Assembly: GCA_902537275.1 (NCBI GenBank)
Contig: CACBAW010000001.1
Coordinates: 18,313 to 82,312 of the forward strand
Source: an uncultured Synechococcaceae cyanobacterium
GTDB lineage: Bacteria; Cyanobacteriota; Cyanobacteriia; PCC-6307; Cyanobiaceae
Direction: 5' to 3'
Length of the DNA: 64,000 nucleotides
Shown here: positions 53,313 to 61,839 of the stretch, one piece after another
Position numbering within the stretch: position 1 is the first letter of the stretch
Layout: every line of letters begins with the position of its first letter
Position numbers and translations under genes: made by a program
The notes under the pieces: generated by a model
What the model saw: the letters and a program-made list of their open reading frames with translations, nothing else
The model's database searches: none
What the model was told of the DNA's origin: nothing

Positions 53313-54857
53313 ATGACTTTTGTCATTACTACACCTTTATACTATGTTAATGATAAACCTCATTTAGGAAGTGTATATACAACAATAATTTGTGACTCAA
53401 TAGCTAGGTATAAAAGACTTGCAGGTGAAGATGTTATTTTCATCACTGGTGTTGATGAACATGGTTTGAAAATACAAAGAACAGCTAATGAAAAGGGTAT
53501 TGAACCAAAATCACATTGTGATGAAATCTCAGAAGTCTTTAAAAATAATTGGATAAATTGGAATATATCATTTGATAAATTTATAAGAACAAGCTCAAAA
53601 AATCATGAATTTGTTGTTAATGAATTTTATGAAAAAGTAAAAGCATCAGATGATATCTATATGGGAGTTCAAAAAGGATGGTATTGTGTGGGTTGTGAAG
53701 AATTTAAAGATAATCCAGAAGACTCATCAACATACAAGTGTCCCATACATCAAAAAAATCTAGAATGGAAAAATGAAGAGAATCTCTTTTTTAGGCTTTC
53801 AAAATATCAAAAAGAAATTGAGAAAATAATCAACGAACCTTCTTTTATAGAGCCAAAAGAAAGAAAGAATGAAATTATAAATTTTGTATCTAGAGGTTTG
53901 AAGGATTTTTCAATTTCAAGAACAAATGTCTCATGGGGAATTCCTGTCCCTGGTTACGATAACCATACCTTTTACGTATGGTTTGATGCTTTACTTGGAT
54001 ATGTAAGCGCCATTAGTTCTGATACGACAGAACATTCATTGGAAAAATCAATTAATGGAGGATGGCCAGCTGATGTTCATTTTATTGGTAAAGATATACT
54101 GAGATTCCACGCTGTATATTGGCCCGCAATGCTCATTTCTGCAAATTTGAAAGTTCCTAAAAAGGTATTTGGACATGGGTTTCTTACAAGAGAGGGACAA
54201 AAAATGGGTAAAAGCTTGGGAAATGTACTCGATCCTGATTTATTGCTTACAAAATATGGAAATGATCCTGTAAGGTGGTACCTCATTAAGGACATATCAC
54301 TAGGAAATGATGGAGATTTTCAAGATAAAAGATTTGTTGACATTATCAATAATGACTTAGCTAATACAATTGGAAATTTATTAAATAGAACATCATCTAT
54401 GTCTAGAAAATGGTTTGATAATAAAGTGCCAAATAATGAAAAAATTTTAAGTGAAAATAAATTAGAGAATTCTGCCAAAATTGTAATCGATAACTATATT
54501 TACAACTTTGATAACTACAAATTAGATCTAGCAGCTAATGAAGTCCTTAATTTAGCAATTAATACAAATTTGTATTTGAATGATAATCAGCCATGGCTGT
54601 TAATAAAAGATAAGGATAATCTACCCCTAGTTAAACAAATTATTTATAACGTTTTAGAAAGTACCCGAATAATAGGGTTGTTATTAAAACCTTTATTGCC
54701 CGATTTATCTACAAAAATTAACGAGCAACTTGGTTCTATATACAGAGAAGAAATTCCTTGGAAACAACAATTAAGTTGGGGATTATTAGTAAGTAACTCA
54801 AGTCTTCCTAATCCCACTCCAATCATAAAAAAACTTGAGTATGAGCAACATTTATAG
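53313..54857 (+). CDS. metG: methionine--tRNA ligase
   Basis: YYVNDKPHLGS, YVWFDAL, IGKDILRFH, KMGKS. Confidence 0.97.
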   Translation: MTFVITTPLYYVNDKPHLGSVYTTIICDSIARYKRLAGEDVIFITGVDEHGLKIQRTANEKGIEPKSHCDEISEVFKNNWINWNISFDKFIRTSSKNHEFVVNEFYEKVKASDDIYMGVQKGWYCVGCEEFKDNPEDSSTYKCPIHQKNLEWKNEENLFFRLSKYQKEIEKIINEPSFIEPKERKNEIINFVSRGLKDFSISRTNVSWGIPVPGYDNHTFYVWFDALLGYVSAISSDTTEHSLEKSINGGWPADVHFIGKDILRFHAVYWPAMLISANLKVPKKVFGHGFLTREGQKMGKSLGNVLDPDLLLTKYGNDPVRWYLIKDISLGNDGDFQDKRFVDIINNDLANTIGNLLNRTSSMSRKWFDNKVPNNEKILSENKLENSAKIVIDNYIYNFDNYKLDLAANEVLNLAINTNLYLNDNQPWLLIKDKDNLPLVKQIIYNVLESTRIIGLLLKPLLPDLSTKINEQLGSIYREEIPWKQQLSWGLLVSNSSLPNPTPIIKKLEYEQHL

Positions 54858-55464
54858 ATTAATAATTTTCCTTCCATTATTTATGCTTGGTTGCTCCCCA
54901 AATGTAATTGATGAAAATAAAGTAAAACAAAAAATAGAAAGTTTAGATATGACTATTTTTTCTAAAAGTGGAGATAAAATATATTCAATTACCAGTCCAG
55001 ATTCAAGTTATGACAATATTGAATTAAGTTTCGAATTAAAAAAACCTATTATTAATATTCTCAATCGCAAAAAAACTAAATATATTATTAGTTCAGATGA
55101 ATCAACATTATCAGACAACAATAAACTCCTGAAATTGAAAGGGAATGTTAAATTAAAAACACTTAATAAAGATGGGGATTTTTTATATGCTGATAATTTT
55201 ATATGGAATATAGAAAATACTAACTATCTATTAGAGGGTAATATAAGATTTGAAAATCAAAATATCATCTTAAATTCAGGTAAAGCCATATTGGGTTCAG
55301 ATAACATAATTGAATTTTTCAATCCAGTAAAATATATAATAAAAGATGAAAATAAAGAAAATAAATATGAAATAAATTCAGAAAATGCTTATTATAATTT
55401 AATCACTGAATCAGTAAGTTTTAAAGCAAAAGATAAAAGAGTTAAATCAATAATTTATTTTTAA
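54841..55464 (+). CDS. lptC: LptC-like LPS export periplasmic protein
   Basis: Lipobox-like MLGC, beta-rich repeats LKGNV/LEGNI. Confidence 0.65.
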   Translation: MSNIYRLIIFLPLFMLGCSPNVIDENKVKQKIESLDMTIFSKSGDKIYSITSPDSSYDNIELSFELKKPIINILNRKKTKYIISSDESTLSDNNKLLKLKGNVKLKTLNKDGDFLYADNFIWNIENTNYLLEGNIRFENQNIILNSGKAILGSDNIIEFFNPVKYIIKDENKENKYEINSENAYYNLITESVSFKAKDKRVKSIIYF

Positions 55465-56087
55465 ATTTTATTTTTTAAAAAAATATTGTTAATTTTTTTG
55501 GACCAGTTATTAATCCATTTTTCATCTGACTTCGTAAAACTTTTAGCACTCCAGCCTCCTATCAATATAAAAGCCTTATTATTTATAGGTACAATTAAGA
55601 TAGATGGAATGTCGGCACAAAAATTAAAAAATTCATCTCTTCCGGGATAAAATTTAGTGTTTGCTAATGATATTAATTTCATATCTTTTATAGATCTCAG
55701 ACAAGTTTCACCGGGTTTAAAATCATTACTTGAAGACAATCCCCTCCTCAGTATATTAACGCCATCATTATGAATTAATATTGATGCTGCTGCTGTAGAA
55801 GTTAATATCGCTTCAGAACCCCATGCAAGTTCATCAATAACTTCATCCGGCATGTTTCTATCATAGAAAAACTTATTTTCTCCTTTTAAAGCAGCTTTAT
55901 CACCAACTAATGGTTCGAATTGTTTAAATAAAAAACCTATCAAAATAATAATTAATGAAGATATTGCAGCTAACACTTGTGCTCTTTCAAGCTCAGGAGT
56001 GATTGTTTCTATTGAAATAAAATTTGCTATCTGAAAAATAAAGAGTATGGCACCGATTAATATTAATGATTTCCCATTGAATCCCAT
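55461..56087 (-). CDS. cytochrome b6f heme ci assembly factor (CCB2/CCB4 family)
   Basis: ELAWGSEAILTSTAA, LANTKFYPGRDEF, SFTKSDEKW. Confidence 0.82.
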   Translation of the reverse strand: MGFNGKSLILIGAILFIFQIANFISIETITPELERAQVLAAISSLIIILIGFLFKQFEPLVGDKAALKGENKFFYDRNMPDEVIDELAWGSEAILTSTAAASILIHNDGVNILRRGLSSSNDFKPGETCLRSIKDMKLISLANTKFYPGRDEFFNFCADIPSILIVPINNKAFILIGGWSAKSFTKSDEKWINNWSKKINNIFLKNKI

Positions 56088-56198
56088 ATTTTAAATATGT
56101 TATTTCTAATTAAATTATGCAAATATTATATTGTTTGGTACATTTAAAAATACTCAAACATATGGTTTTTAATATATAATTAACCAAAACCTTTCAAA

Positions 56199-56510
56199 AT
56201 GGACCTAAATATCAATAAATATATACTTTCTCTTATATTTACTGGCTTAATTTTCATTCTTATCCCCTCGACTACATACGCAAATGAAATTCCTAGCATA
56301 AATAAATATTTTGCTATTACTCAACAGAAGAATGTTATAAATTACGAAAAAAGTCAGCCTTCATCTATTGACAACCCCGTAGTGGATCCAAATTTTAACA
56401 CTATGAGATCAAAAGATACTGAGAGTTCAACTGCTACTTATATAGTTATAGGTTTGTTAATTGCTGCCACAATTATTCCTTTAGCGACATGGTGGTATTT
56501 CTCTAAATAA
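56199..56510 (+). CDS. hypothetical protein with signal peptide and C-terminal TM anchor
   Basis: N-terminal TYA-type cleavage site; C-terminal YIVIGLLIAATIIPLATWWYFSK. Confidence 0.72.
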   Translation: MDLNINKYILSLIFTGLIFILIPSTTYANEIPSINKYFAITQQKNVINYEKSQPSSIDNPVVDPNFNTMRSKDTESSTATYIVIGLLIAATIIPLATWWYFSK

Positions 56511-56520
56511 TAGAGAATTT

Positions 56521-57081
56521 ATGAATGCCAAGGATTTAAGTATTAGTGAATATTCATCTCATATAGTTTTTATTACAGGGGGGACAAAGAGTGGCAAAAG
56601 TGAATTCGCAGAGCATCTTGCAAAGGAGGTAAAAAAATTATCATATGTTGCCTTATCTGAAAACAATTTGGATGATAAAGATTGGCAAGATAAAATTAAT
56701 TTACATCGAAAAAGAAGGCCAAAAGATTGGAAATTAATAGAAACGACAGATCTAGCAAATACATTAAGGAAAGAAGAAGGTCCATTATTAATAGATTCTA
56801 TTGGCGGATTTGTTATGAAAAGTATTGGAAATGAACAAAATGAATGGTCAACAAAAATGAATTTACTTATAAGTCTCTTAATGAAAAGAAAAAGCATAAC
56901 AATTATTGTTGGAGAACAAGTAGGTTGGAGTCTGGTCTCTGAATATAAAATTGGTAATACTTATATTGAAAGAATCGGCGAACTTCAAAAGAGAATAACC
57001 AAAATATCAAAAGATAATTGGCTTGCTATAAACGGCAGAGCAATCAAAATAGATGGAATAAGTATTGAAATACCTTCTTAA
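56521..57081 (+). CDS. cobU: adenosylcobinamide kinase / phosphate guanylyltransferase
   Basis: ITGGTKSGKSEFAE, HRKRRP..W..IE, EQVGW. Confidence 0.92.
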   Translation: MNAKDLSISEYSSHIVFITGGTKSGKSEFAEHLAKEVKKLSYVALSENNLDDKDWQDKINLHRKRRPKDWKLIETTDLANTLRKEEGPLLIDSIGGFVMKSIGNEQNEWSTKMNLLISLLMKRKSITIIVGEQVGWSLVSEYKIGNTYIERIGELQKRITKISKDNWLAINGRAIKIDGISIEIPS

Positions 57082-57083
57082 AA

Positions 57084-57566
57084 TTGGAAGTCGCTCTTTT
57101 TGAACCTAGAATCCCACAAAATACTGGTAACATTGCCAGGTCATGTGCGGCGTTTAATATACCTTTAAATCTTATAGAGCCCTTCGGTTTTAAGCTAGAA
57201 GATAAATATTTAAAAAGAGCAGGATTAGACTATTGGCCTCTAGTTACTGTTAATCAGTATGAGAATTTTGAAAAATTTCTAGCGTCAAAATCAACAAAAA
57301 GAATAATATCTTTTAGTAAAAAAAATGGATTATATTTGAAGGATTTTAAATTTAAGCAAGATGATATTATGCTATTTGGGAGAGAAGATTCAGGATTACC
57401 CGATTCAATTATTGATAAAAGCGACTTTTTAATATCAATATTTATGCCGAATATACAGACTGGAAACAATGATCAAAAAGGTGTTAGAAGTCTAAACCTT
57501 TCTGTAGCATGCGGAATTGCTATATATGAGGCCCACAAACAAATAAATTTTGAAAATGGCAATTAA
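57084..57566 (+). CDS. trmL: tRNA (cytidine/uridine-34 2'-O)-methyltransferase
   Basis: PRIPQNTGNIAR, RAGLDYW, FGRED.GLP, RSLNLS. Confidence 0.93.
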   Translation: MEVALFEPRIPQNTGNIARSCAAFNIPLNLIEPFGFKLEDKYLKRAGLDYWPLVTVNQYENFEKFLASKSTKRIISFSKKNGLYLKDFKFKQDDIMLFGREDSGLPDSIIDKSDFLISIFMPNIQTGNNDQKGVRSLNLSVACGIAIYEAHKQINFENGN

Positions 57567-57595
57567 GTACAACCAATGCCTTACAATATTCCCAT

Positions 57596-57669
<74 letters not shown>

Positions 57670-57736
57670 TTTTCAATACTTCTTAATTGAAGAAACAGGT
57701 GAAATTTTAATTTAATTAAACTATTAAAGACAATAA

Positions 57737-58024
57737 ATGTTTAATTCACTCGGCACAGTCCTAGATCCAAAAAAATCTAAAGCAAAATATCCAGAAGCAA
57801 GAGTTATAGTTCTTGATGATAATTTTAATACTTTTCAGCATGTCGCAAATTGTCTTCTAACAATAATCCCAAGCATGAGTGAACAAAGGGCTTGGGATCT
57901 AACCATCAAAGTTGACAAGATAGGATCTGCAGAGGTATGGAGAGGTAATCTTGAACAGGCAGAGCTATATCATGAGCAACTATTCAGCAAAGGATTAACA
58001 ATGGCGCCAATTGAGAAAACATAA
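57737..58024 (+). CDS. clpS: Clp protease adaptor ClpS
   Basis: VIVLDDNFNTFQHV, EQAELY. Confidence 0.93.
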   Translation: MFNSLGTVLDPKKSKAKYPEARVIVLDDNFNTFQHVANCLLTIIPSMSEQRAWDLTIKVDKIGSAEVWRGNLEQAELYHEQLFSKGLTMAPIEKT

Positions 58025-58035
58025 AATAAGTAAGA

Positions 58036-58287
58036 TTGACAGAAAATTTTTGGCTTATAAATTCGAGTCGTTCAAGGGTTAAAAGATTTTCAAAGAATAA
58101 TCAAAGTAAAGATAAATTTTTTGAATATATGTTTATTGACTCTGGAAGAATTCATGGTGTTTTAGGAAAAGAACCCCCTCTTATGACAACCAGAGAAGAA
58201 CTTAAAGTTGATAAAGCTAGAGATGAATGGAGAAAGTTAATCGCTCAAGGTTGGAGGAGAACCAAACCAGTTTGGGAAGACTATTAG
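58036..58287 (+). CDS. DUF1651-type picocyanobacterial protein
   Basis: WLIN..R..VKRF, PPLM.TRE, A..EW.KL..QGWRR..PVW. Confidence 0.8.
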   Translation: MTENFWLINSSRSRVKRFSKNNQSKDKFFEYMFIDSGRIHGVLGKEPPLMTTREELKVDKARDEWRKLIAQGWRRTKPVWEDY

Positions 58288-58415
58288 TATCCAATATTGT
58301 TACTAGGATTAGTTATAAAAATTATGAGATTTAGGACGTAATTAGCGGGTAAATTTAATGGCTTCAAAAGTAACAAAGCCATTCCTTGTGTCACATTAAA
58401 TTCTTTATTTTTCAT
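58284..58415 (-). CDS. possible 43-aa microprotein
   Basis: Hand-translated MKNKEFNVTQGMALLLLKPLNLPANYVLNLIIFITNPSNNIGY; no recognised family. Confidence 0.25.
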   Translation of the reverse strand: MKNKEFNVTQGMALLLLKPLNLPANYVLNLIIFITNPSNNIGY

Positions 58416-58652
58416 AAAAAAATAAAAGTCTCATTTTAATTATAAAAAGACTGTCAAATACAAACTAAAAAATACTAAAAAAGATACATAAGCATTTTTT
58501 TATTTATTTATTAGGGATTTTCAAGATTTCTAATATCTAAAATTTATTTTAAAAAATTATAGATTTAGGGTTACTTATTATTTTTTTTTTTAAACAAAAA
58601 AACCCAAGTTATAATTAAATAATTCCTACTATTTAATACTTATAACTACCCA

Positions 58653-58802
58653 ATGAAGTATCTCATCTCAAGCAAACGATCAAGAGCTTTAATTAGTATT
58701 GGAATAATTGCTATAAGTATTGGATTAATATCAAAAAAAGTAATTAACTATCCAGCTGGAGGATGTATGAAAGGTACTCAAGAAATAACCTTTAATATCT
58801 AA
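58653..58802 (+). CDS. possible 49-aa membrane microprotein
   Basis: Hand-translated MKYLISSKRSRALISIGIIAISIGLISKKVINYPAGGCMKGTQEITFNI. Confidence 0.5.
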   Translation: MKYLISSKRSRALISIGIIAISIGLISKKVINYPAGGCMKGTQEITFNI

Positions 58803-58825
58803 GCATTAATCATCTTATATTTTCC

Positions 58826-59215
58826 TTAATTCTTAAATCCAGTCAACTTTGATAACTCTTTTAGTGAAAGTACACCTAAAATTAGTTTTCCATTTATTTC
58901 CCATGTTGGAAACCCTTTAATTTTTTTATCAATGCATAATTGAGTTTGACTGTTTATGCCATCTCTTGCACATTCAACTACATTAAGTTCTCTATAAGCT
59001 TGCTTACCAAATAATTCACTTTGATTAAGGCAATTAGGACACCAATATGCTGAATATTTAACTACACCATTATCCTTAAGGTATTTTGCCAACTCGATTG
59101 ATTCCATAGTGCTTTCTGAGGTAACTATAAGTTCTCTATGATTATTTAAGTGGGAGCTATGAACTACACTTGGTAAAGTAAGCAAAACTAATAGTGGGAT
59201 TATTAGGCGTTTCAT
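58826..59215 (-). CDS. exported thioredoxin-like protein (like the Trx domain of cyanobacterial VKOR)
   Basis: Signal peptide; YSAYWCPNC, Q.ELFG, VEC, C....IKGFPTWEING. Confidence 0.85.
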   Translation of the reverse strand: MKRLIIPLLVLLTLPSVVHSSHLNNHRELIVTSESTMESIELAKYLKDNGVVKYSAYWCPNCLNQSELFGKQAYRELNVVECARDGINSQTQLCIDKKIKGFPTWEINGKLILGVLSLKELSKLTGFKN

Positions 59216-59364
59216 TTATTTAATACTTTTCCTCCATATTTTCTAACTATCTTATCTAGCAAAATTCGTATATCTTTATTTTTAAGTTTCTCTATTTGCT
59301 GAAGATTTTCAAGAAGATCCAATATTTGATCCTGTGTATCTTCATTTAATTTACTTACTGCCAT
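59212..59364 (-). CDS. 50-aa helical hypothetical protein, coupled to the Trx-like gene
   Basis: Hand-translated MAVSKLNEDTQDQILDLLENLQQIEKLKNKDIRILLDKIVRKYGGKVLNK; ATGA stop/start overlap. Confidence 0.6.
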   Translation of the reverse strand: MAVSKLNEDTQDQILDLLENLQQIEKLKNKDIRILLDKIVRKYGGKVLNK

Positions 59365-59454
59365 TTATATTTAGAGTTTTTATATTCAAATTTTAAATCA
59401 AAAGTAAATTTACATACTTATTGTATTTATATTTTTTTATTGCTATTTTTTTAA

Positions 59455-59495
59455 AGCGGGCTAAGGTTCATATCTCCACGAGGATTTAGTCCGCT
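59455..59495 (+). ncRNA. candidate structured RNA (GC-rich stem-loop)
   Basis: AGCGGGCTAAG pairs with TTTAGTCCGCT (11 bp, two G-U pairs on + strand) in an AT-rich gap. Confidence 0.4.
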
Positions 59496-59616
59496 GAATT
59501 TTTAAAGATTCGATTTATCTTGGATCCCTCTTTAAGAAGTTGATTAGAAATAATCAAAAATATTTATCTTTGTTCAATTTTTAAATTCCATTGAAAAAGA
59601 TTCATATATAAACATT

Positions 59617-59633
59617 AATAGTGTGACACTATT
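59617..59633. promoter_or_regulatory. palindrome AATAGTGT-G-ACACTATT at the 3' end of the RHH-like gene
   Basis: Perfect 8-bp arms, 1-bp centre; same core as the upstream sites. Confidence 0.55.
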
Positions 59634-59998
59634 TATTCAATAATGTTGTTATTTCGCTTCATAACTTTCTTAAAATACTTAAACTCAATAAATTCATGCA
59701 TCATTTTGATATTATCAGATAATATTTTTTTATTAACCGCATATTCGTCTAAATTAAGAGCAGATTTATTATTTTCAGAATATGTTTCGTAATCTGAAGA
59801 AAAGTTTTTAAAATCATTATTTTCATTTTGATTTTGACCATAAGTTTTATTTAAAACACCTCGAGACCTCAACGCTTCCTCAACCAATAAACCTGTGACT
59901 TTTGACTGACTAAACTCATTAGCTGTGCACAATTTTTCAATAATTTCATGCACTTCTTCACTTGGCAAAAAACCAATTCTTTTCCTCGGAGAGGGCAT
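59633..59998 (-). CDS. ribbon-helix-helix-like DNA-binding protein
   Basis: MPSPRKRIGFLPSEEVHEIIEKLC....SQSKVTGLLVEEAL; ATG 59998 preferred over 60028. Confidence 0.75.
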   Translation of the reverse strand: MPSPRKRIGFLPSEEVHEIIEKLCTANEFSQSKVTGLLVEEALRSRGVLNKTYGQNQNENNDFKNFSSDYETYSENNKSALNLDEYAVNKKILSDNIKMMHEFIEFKYFKKVMKRNNNIIE

Positions 59999-60010
59999 AA
60001 TAAAAAAATT

Positions 60011-60043
60011 AGTGTCACACTTGCACATTATAAGTGTTGCACT
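60011..60043. promoter_or_regulatory. two palindromic operator-like sites in a divergent promoter
   Basis: AGTGT-C-ACACT (60011-60021) and AGTGT-T-GCACT (60033-60043), 22 bp apart. Confidence 0.6.
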
Positions 60044-60072
60044 ATATTTGATTTAAGTCAACTAATTTTGCT

Positions 60073-60225
60073 ATGCATATTTTATTATTTCCTGTCGGAT
60101 TTATTCTTTGGTATCTAGCTTATGAAGCAAAACCTATTATTAATGATGAAGTAACACTTAATTGGGAAGAAAAAAATACAATTAAAAGAAATAAACTTTT
60201 AAATATAATCAACGAAAGCTTTTAA
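60073..60225 (+). CDS. 50-aa membrane-anchored microprotein
   Basis: Hand-translated MHILLFPVGFILWYLAYEAKPIINDEVTLNWEEKNTIKRNKLLNIINESF; divergent from the RHH gene. Confidence 0.55.
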   Translation: MHILLFPVGFILWYLAYEAKPIINDEVTLNWEEKNTIKRNKLLNIINESF

Positions 60226-60401
60226 AATTTACTAGTAATCGATTTTGACCATTCCTTGTGCTTATTATCTAGATCTGAGATTAACTGTTTTTGATAAGTA
60301 AATTTGAGTTGATTTTCGTTAAGTGATTTTTTTGTGATAATCATCTCTTTAGAGAAAAAATAGGGAGTGTTAGAACTACTAATTTTTTTTTTGAATCCCA
60401 T
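60222..60401 (-). CDS. possible 59-aa basic microprotein
   Basis: Hand-translated MGFKKKISSSNTPYFFSKEM...LDNKHKEWSKSITSKF. Confidence 0.35.
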   Translation of the reverse strand: MGFKKKISSSNTPYFFSKEMIITKKSLNENQLKFTYQKQLISDLDNKHKEWSKSITSKF

Positions 60402-60561
60402 TTAATAAATTCATCTATTTTTTTTTATGACCTAAAAGATTATAGTCTCAATATTTTTATATTCTTTTTATATTTCCTTCATCTGTTTTTTAGCACGTTT
60501 GTAAAAAATATTAGTTTATTGAATAATTAAGGCTATATTTAAACAAAATATAAGTTTTATT

Positions 60562-60735
60562 ATGAATCTAAAGGAAAGAGGAATTACTGTTGGAGATTTA
60601 CTAATACTAATACTAATAATAATCACTTCTACAATATTAATTAAATCATTTAGCAAGGATAAGAAAACAACACTTAATTATAGTAATCAAGAGCAAGTTT
60701 CTTATAAGAAAAATTACTTTCAAAAATTTATTTGA
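60562..60735 (+). CDS. 57-aa microprotein with prepilin-like N-terminus
   Basis: Hand-translated MNLKERG-ITVGDLLILILIIITSTILIKSFSKDKK... Confidence 0.55.
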   Translation: MNLKERGITVGDLLILILIIITSTILIKSFSKDKKTTLNYSNQEQVSYKKNYFQKFI

Positions 60736-60845
60736 ATAGCTTATATAAATTATTTATAAAACTCTTAATTTGTTAAATTAACTATTAAGTATCTCTTATG
60801 TAAATTTCAAGAATTAATAATTATCAAACAAAGAGTTTATGTATT

Positions 60846-61022
60846 TTAAATATTTTGATGAAATGATTTAGAACTTTCCCATTTCAAGTTATCCTTTAAA
60901 TCATTAATATCATTCGATATTGAAACTAAATTCACCATTTCAAGAATTTGACTTTTATTTAGCCTATTAATAATAATAAGTTTATTAAGCATTTCTAAAA
61001 CAGATTTATCATTAATATTCAT
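60846..61022 (-). CDS. possible 58-aa hypothetical protein
   Basis: Hand-translated MNINDKSVLEMLNKLIIINRLNKSQILEMVNLVSISNDINDLKDNLKWESSKSFHQNI. Confidence 0.5.
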   Translation of the reverse strand: MNINDKSVLEMLNKLIIINRLNKSQILEMVNLVSISNDINDLKDNLKWESSKSFHQNI

Positions 61023-61220
61023 TGTTTGTATAAAAAACTATGATCCTTCAATGCAAATACTTTATCTTATAATTTTAAATTATTCTTAAAATTTCATTAT
61101 TTATTTTATATTAAATATAAAAAATATTTATAAAATCATCAAAAATAAAACTCTTACTTATAGGAAAATATCTTAAGCTCACTTTCTTATAAATTCGTTT
61201 ATTGTAAAAAAAAAAAAAAA

Positions 61221-61391
61221 ATGAAAAAAAACTCCAAGAAAGAATTTCTTAATAGAGATGAAGTTAATGAAATGATTGAATCAGCTTTAAGGAGACATAA
61301 TAGAAGATCTACAATAATATCAAGTGTACTTGGCTGGATCCTTATAGGAGGTTATTCGTTTGGACTTTTTCAAGCAGTTCAAAATGTCTAA
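61221..61391 (+). CDS. 56-aa membrane microprotein (MI..A.RRHNR...IIS family)
   Basis: Hand-translated MKKNSKKEFLNRDEVNEMIESALRRHNRRSTIISSVLGWILIGGYSFGLFQAVQNV. Confidence 0.7.
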   Translation: MKKNSKKEFLNRDEVNEMIESALRRHNRRSTIISSVLGWILIGGYSFGLFQAVQNV

Positions 61392-61454
61392 CTAATCTTT
61401 TCTTTAAAGTAGAACTTGTTAGATGATAAATTAATATAAGACTAATTATTTATT

Positions 61455-61676
61455 ATGAGCGAATATATTGAGGCAAATCTTACAGTGATAAGAAAATATT
61501 TAAAAAAACGAAAAAAATATACATCAAAACTAAATAATGTTTCGATAATGGAAGAATTCAAAGAATGGAGCAAAGATCCATTACCTGAGACAGAATCAAT
61601 TTGGACTTTACCTGACTTAACAAGTAATGAAAGACTAAAAAATTTTTGTCGCTCAATTAAGAAGGAAATAAGATAA
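61455..61676 (+). CDS. hypothetical protein, 73 aa
   Basis: ORF track; EEFKEW...PLPET.SIWTLP. Confidence 0.6.
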   Translation: MSEYIEANLTVIRKYLKKRKKYTSKLNNVSIMEEFKEWSKDPLPETESIWTLPDLTSNERLKNFCRSIKKEIR

Positions 61677-61680
61677 GTTT

Positions 61681-61839
61681 TTAACTACCTAGTTGTATAT
61701 GATTAACCTTTAAGTAAAAATAACCAGCAAATCCAACAATATTCAAAATTAAAACGAAAATCCAAGCTCCAATTGGCTGGTTAGAATCAAATTTTTTTAT
61801 TTTAACTTTTTCCTTAAGTCTTTCAATATATTTAGCCAT
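61681..61839 (-). CDS. 52-aa membrane microprotein
   Basis: Hand-translated MAKYIERLKEKVKIKKFDSNQPIGAWIFVLILNIVGFAGYFYLKVNHIQLGS; basic N-terminus plus TM helix. Confidence 0.6.
   Translation of the reverse strand: MAKYIERLKEKVKIKKFDSNQPIGAWIFVLILNIVGFAGYFYLKVNHIQLGS

Noticed and set aside
25171-57469. Other nested antisense ORFs in pgi, leuS, uvrC, cobN, ilvE, metH, pheT, metG, cobU and trmL
   Set aside because: They overlap well-supported genes on the opposite strand and look like non-coding translations
60021-60060. Possible dif site
   Set aside because: Only loose resemblance to the XerC arm and no TTATGTTAAAT-like XerD arm; better explained by the AGTGT-N-RCACT palindromes
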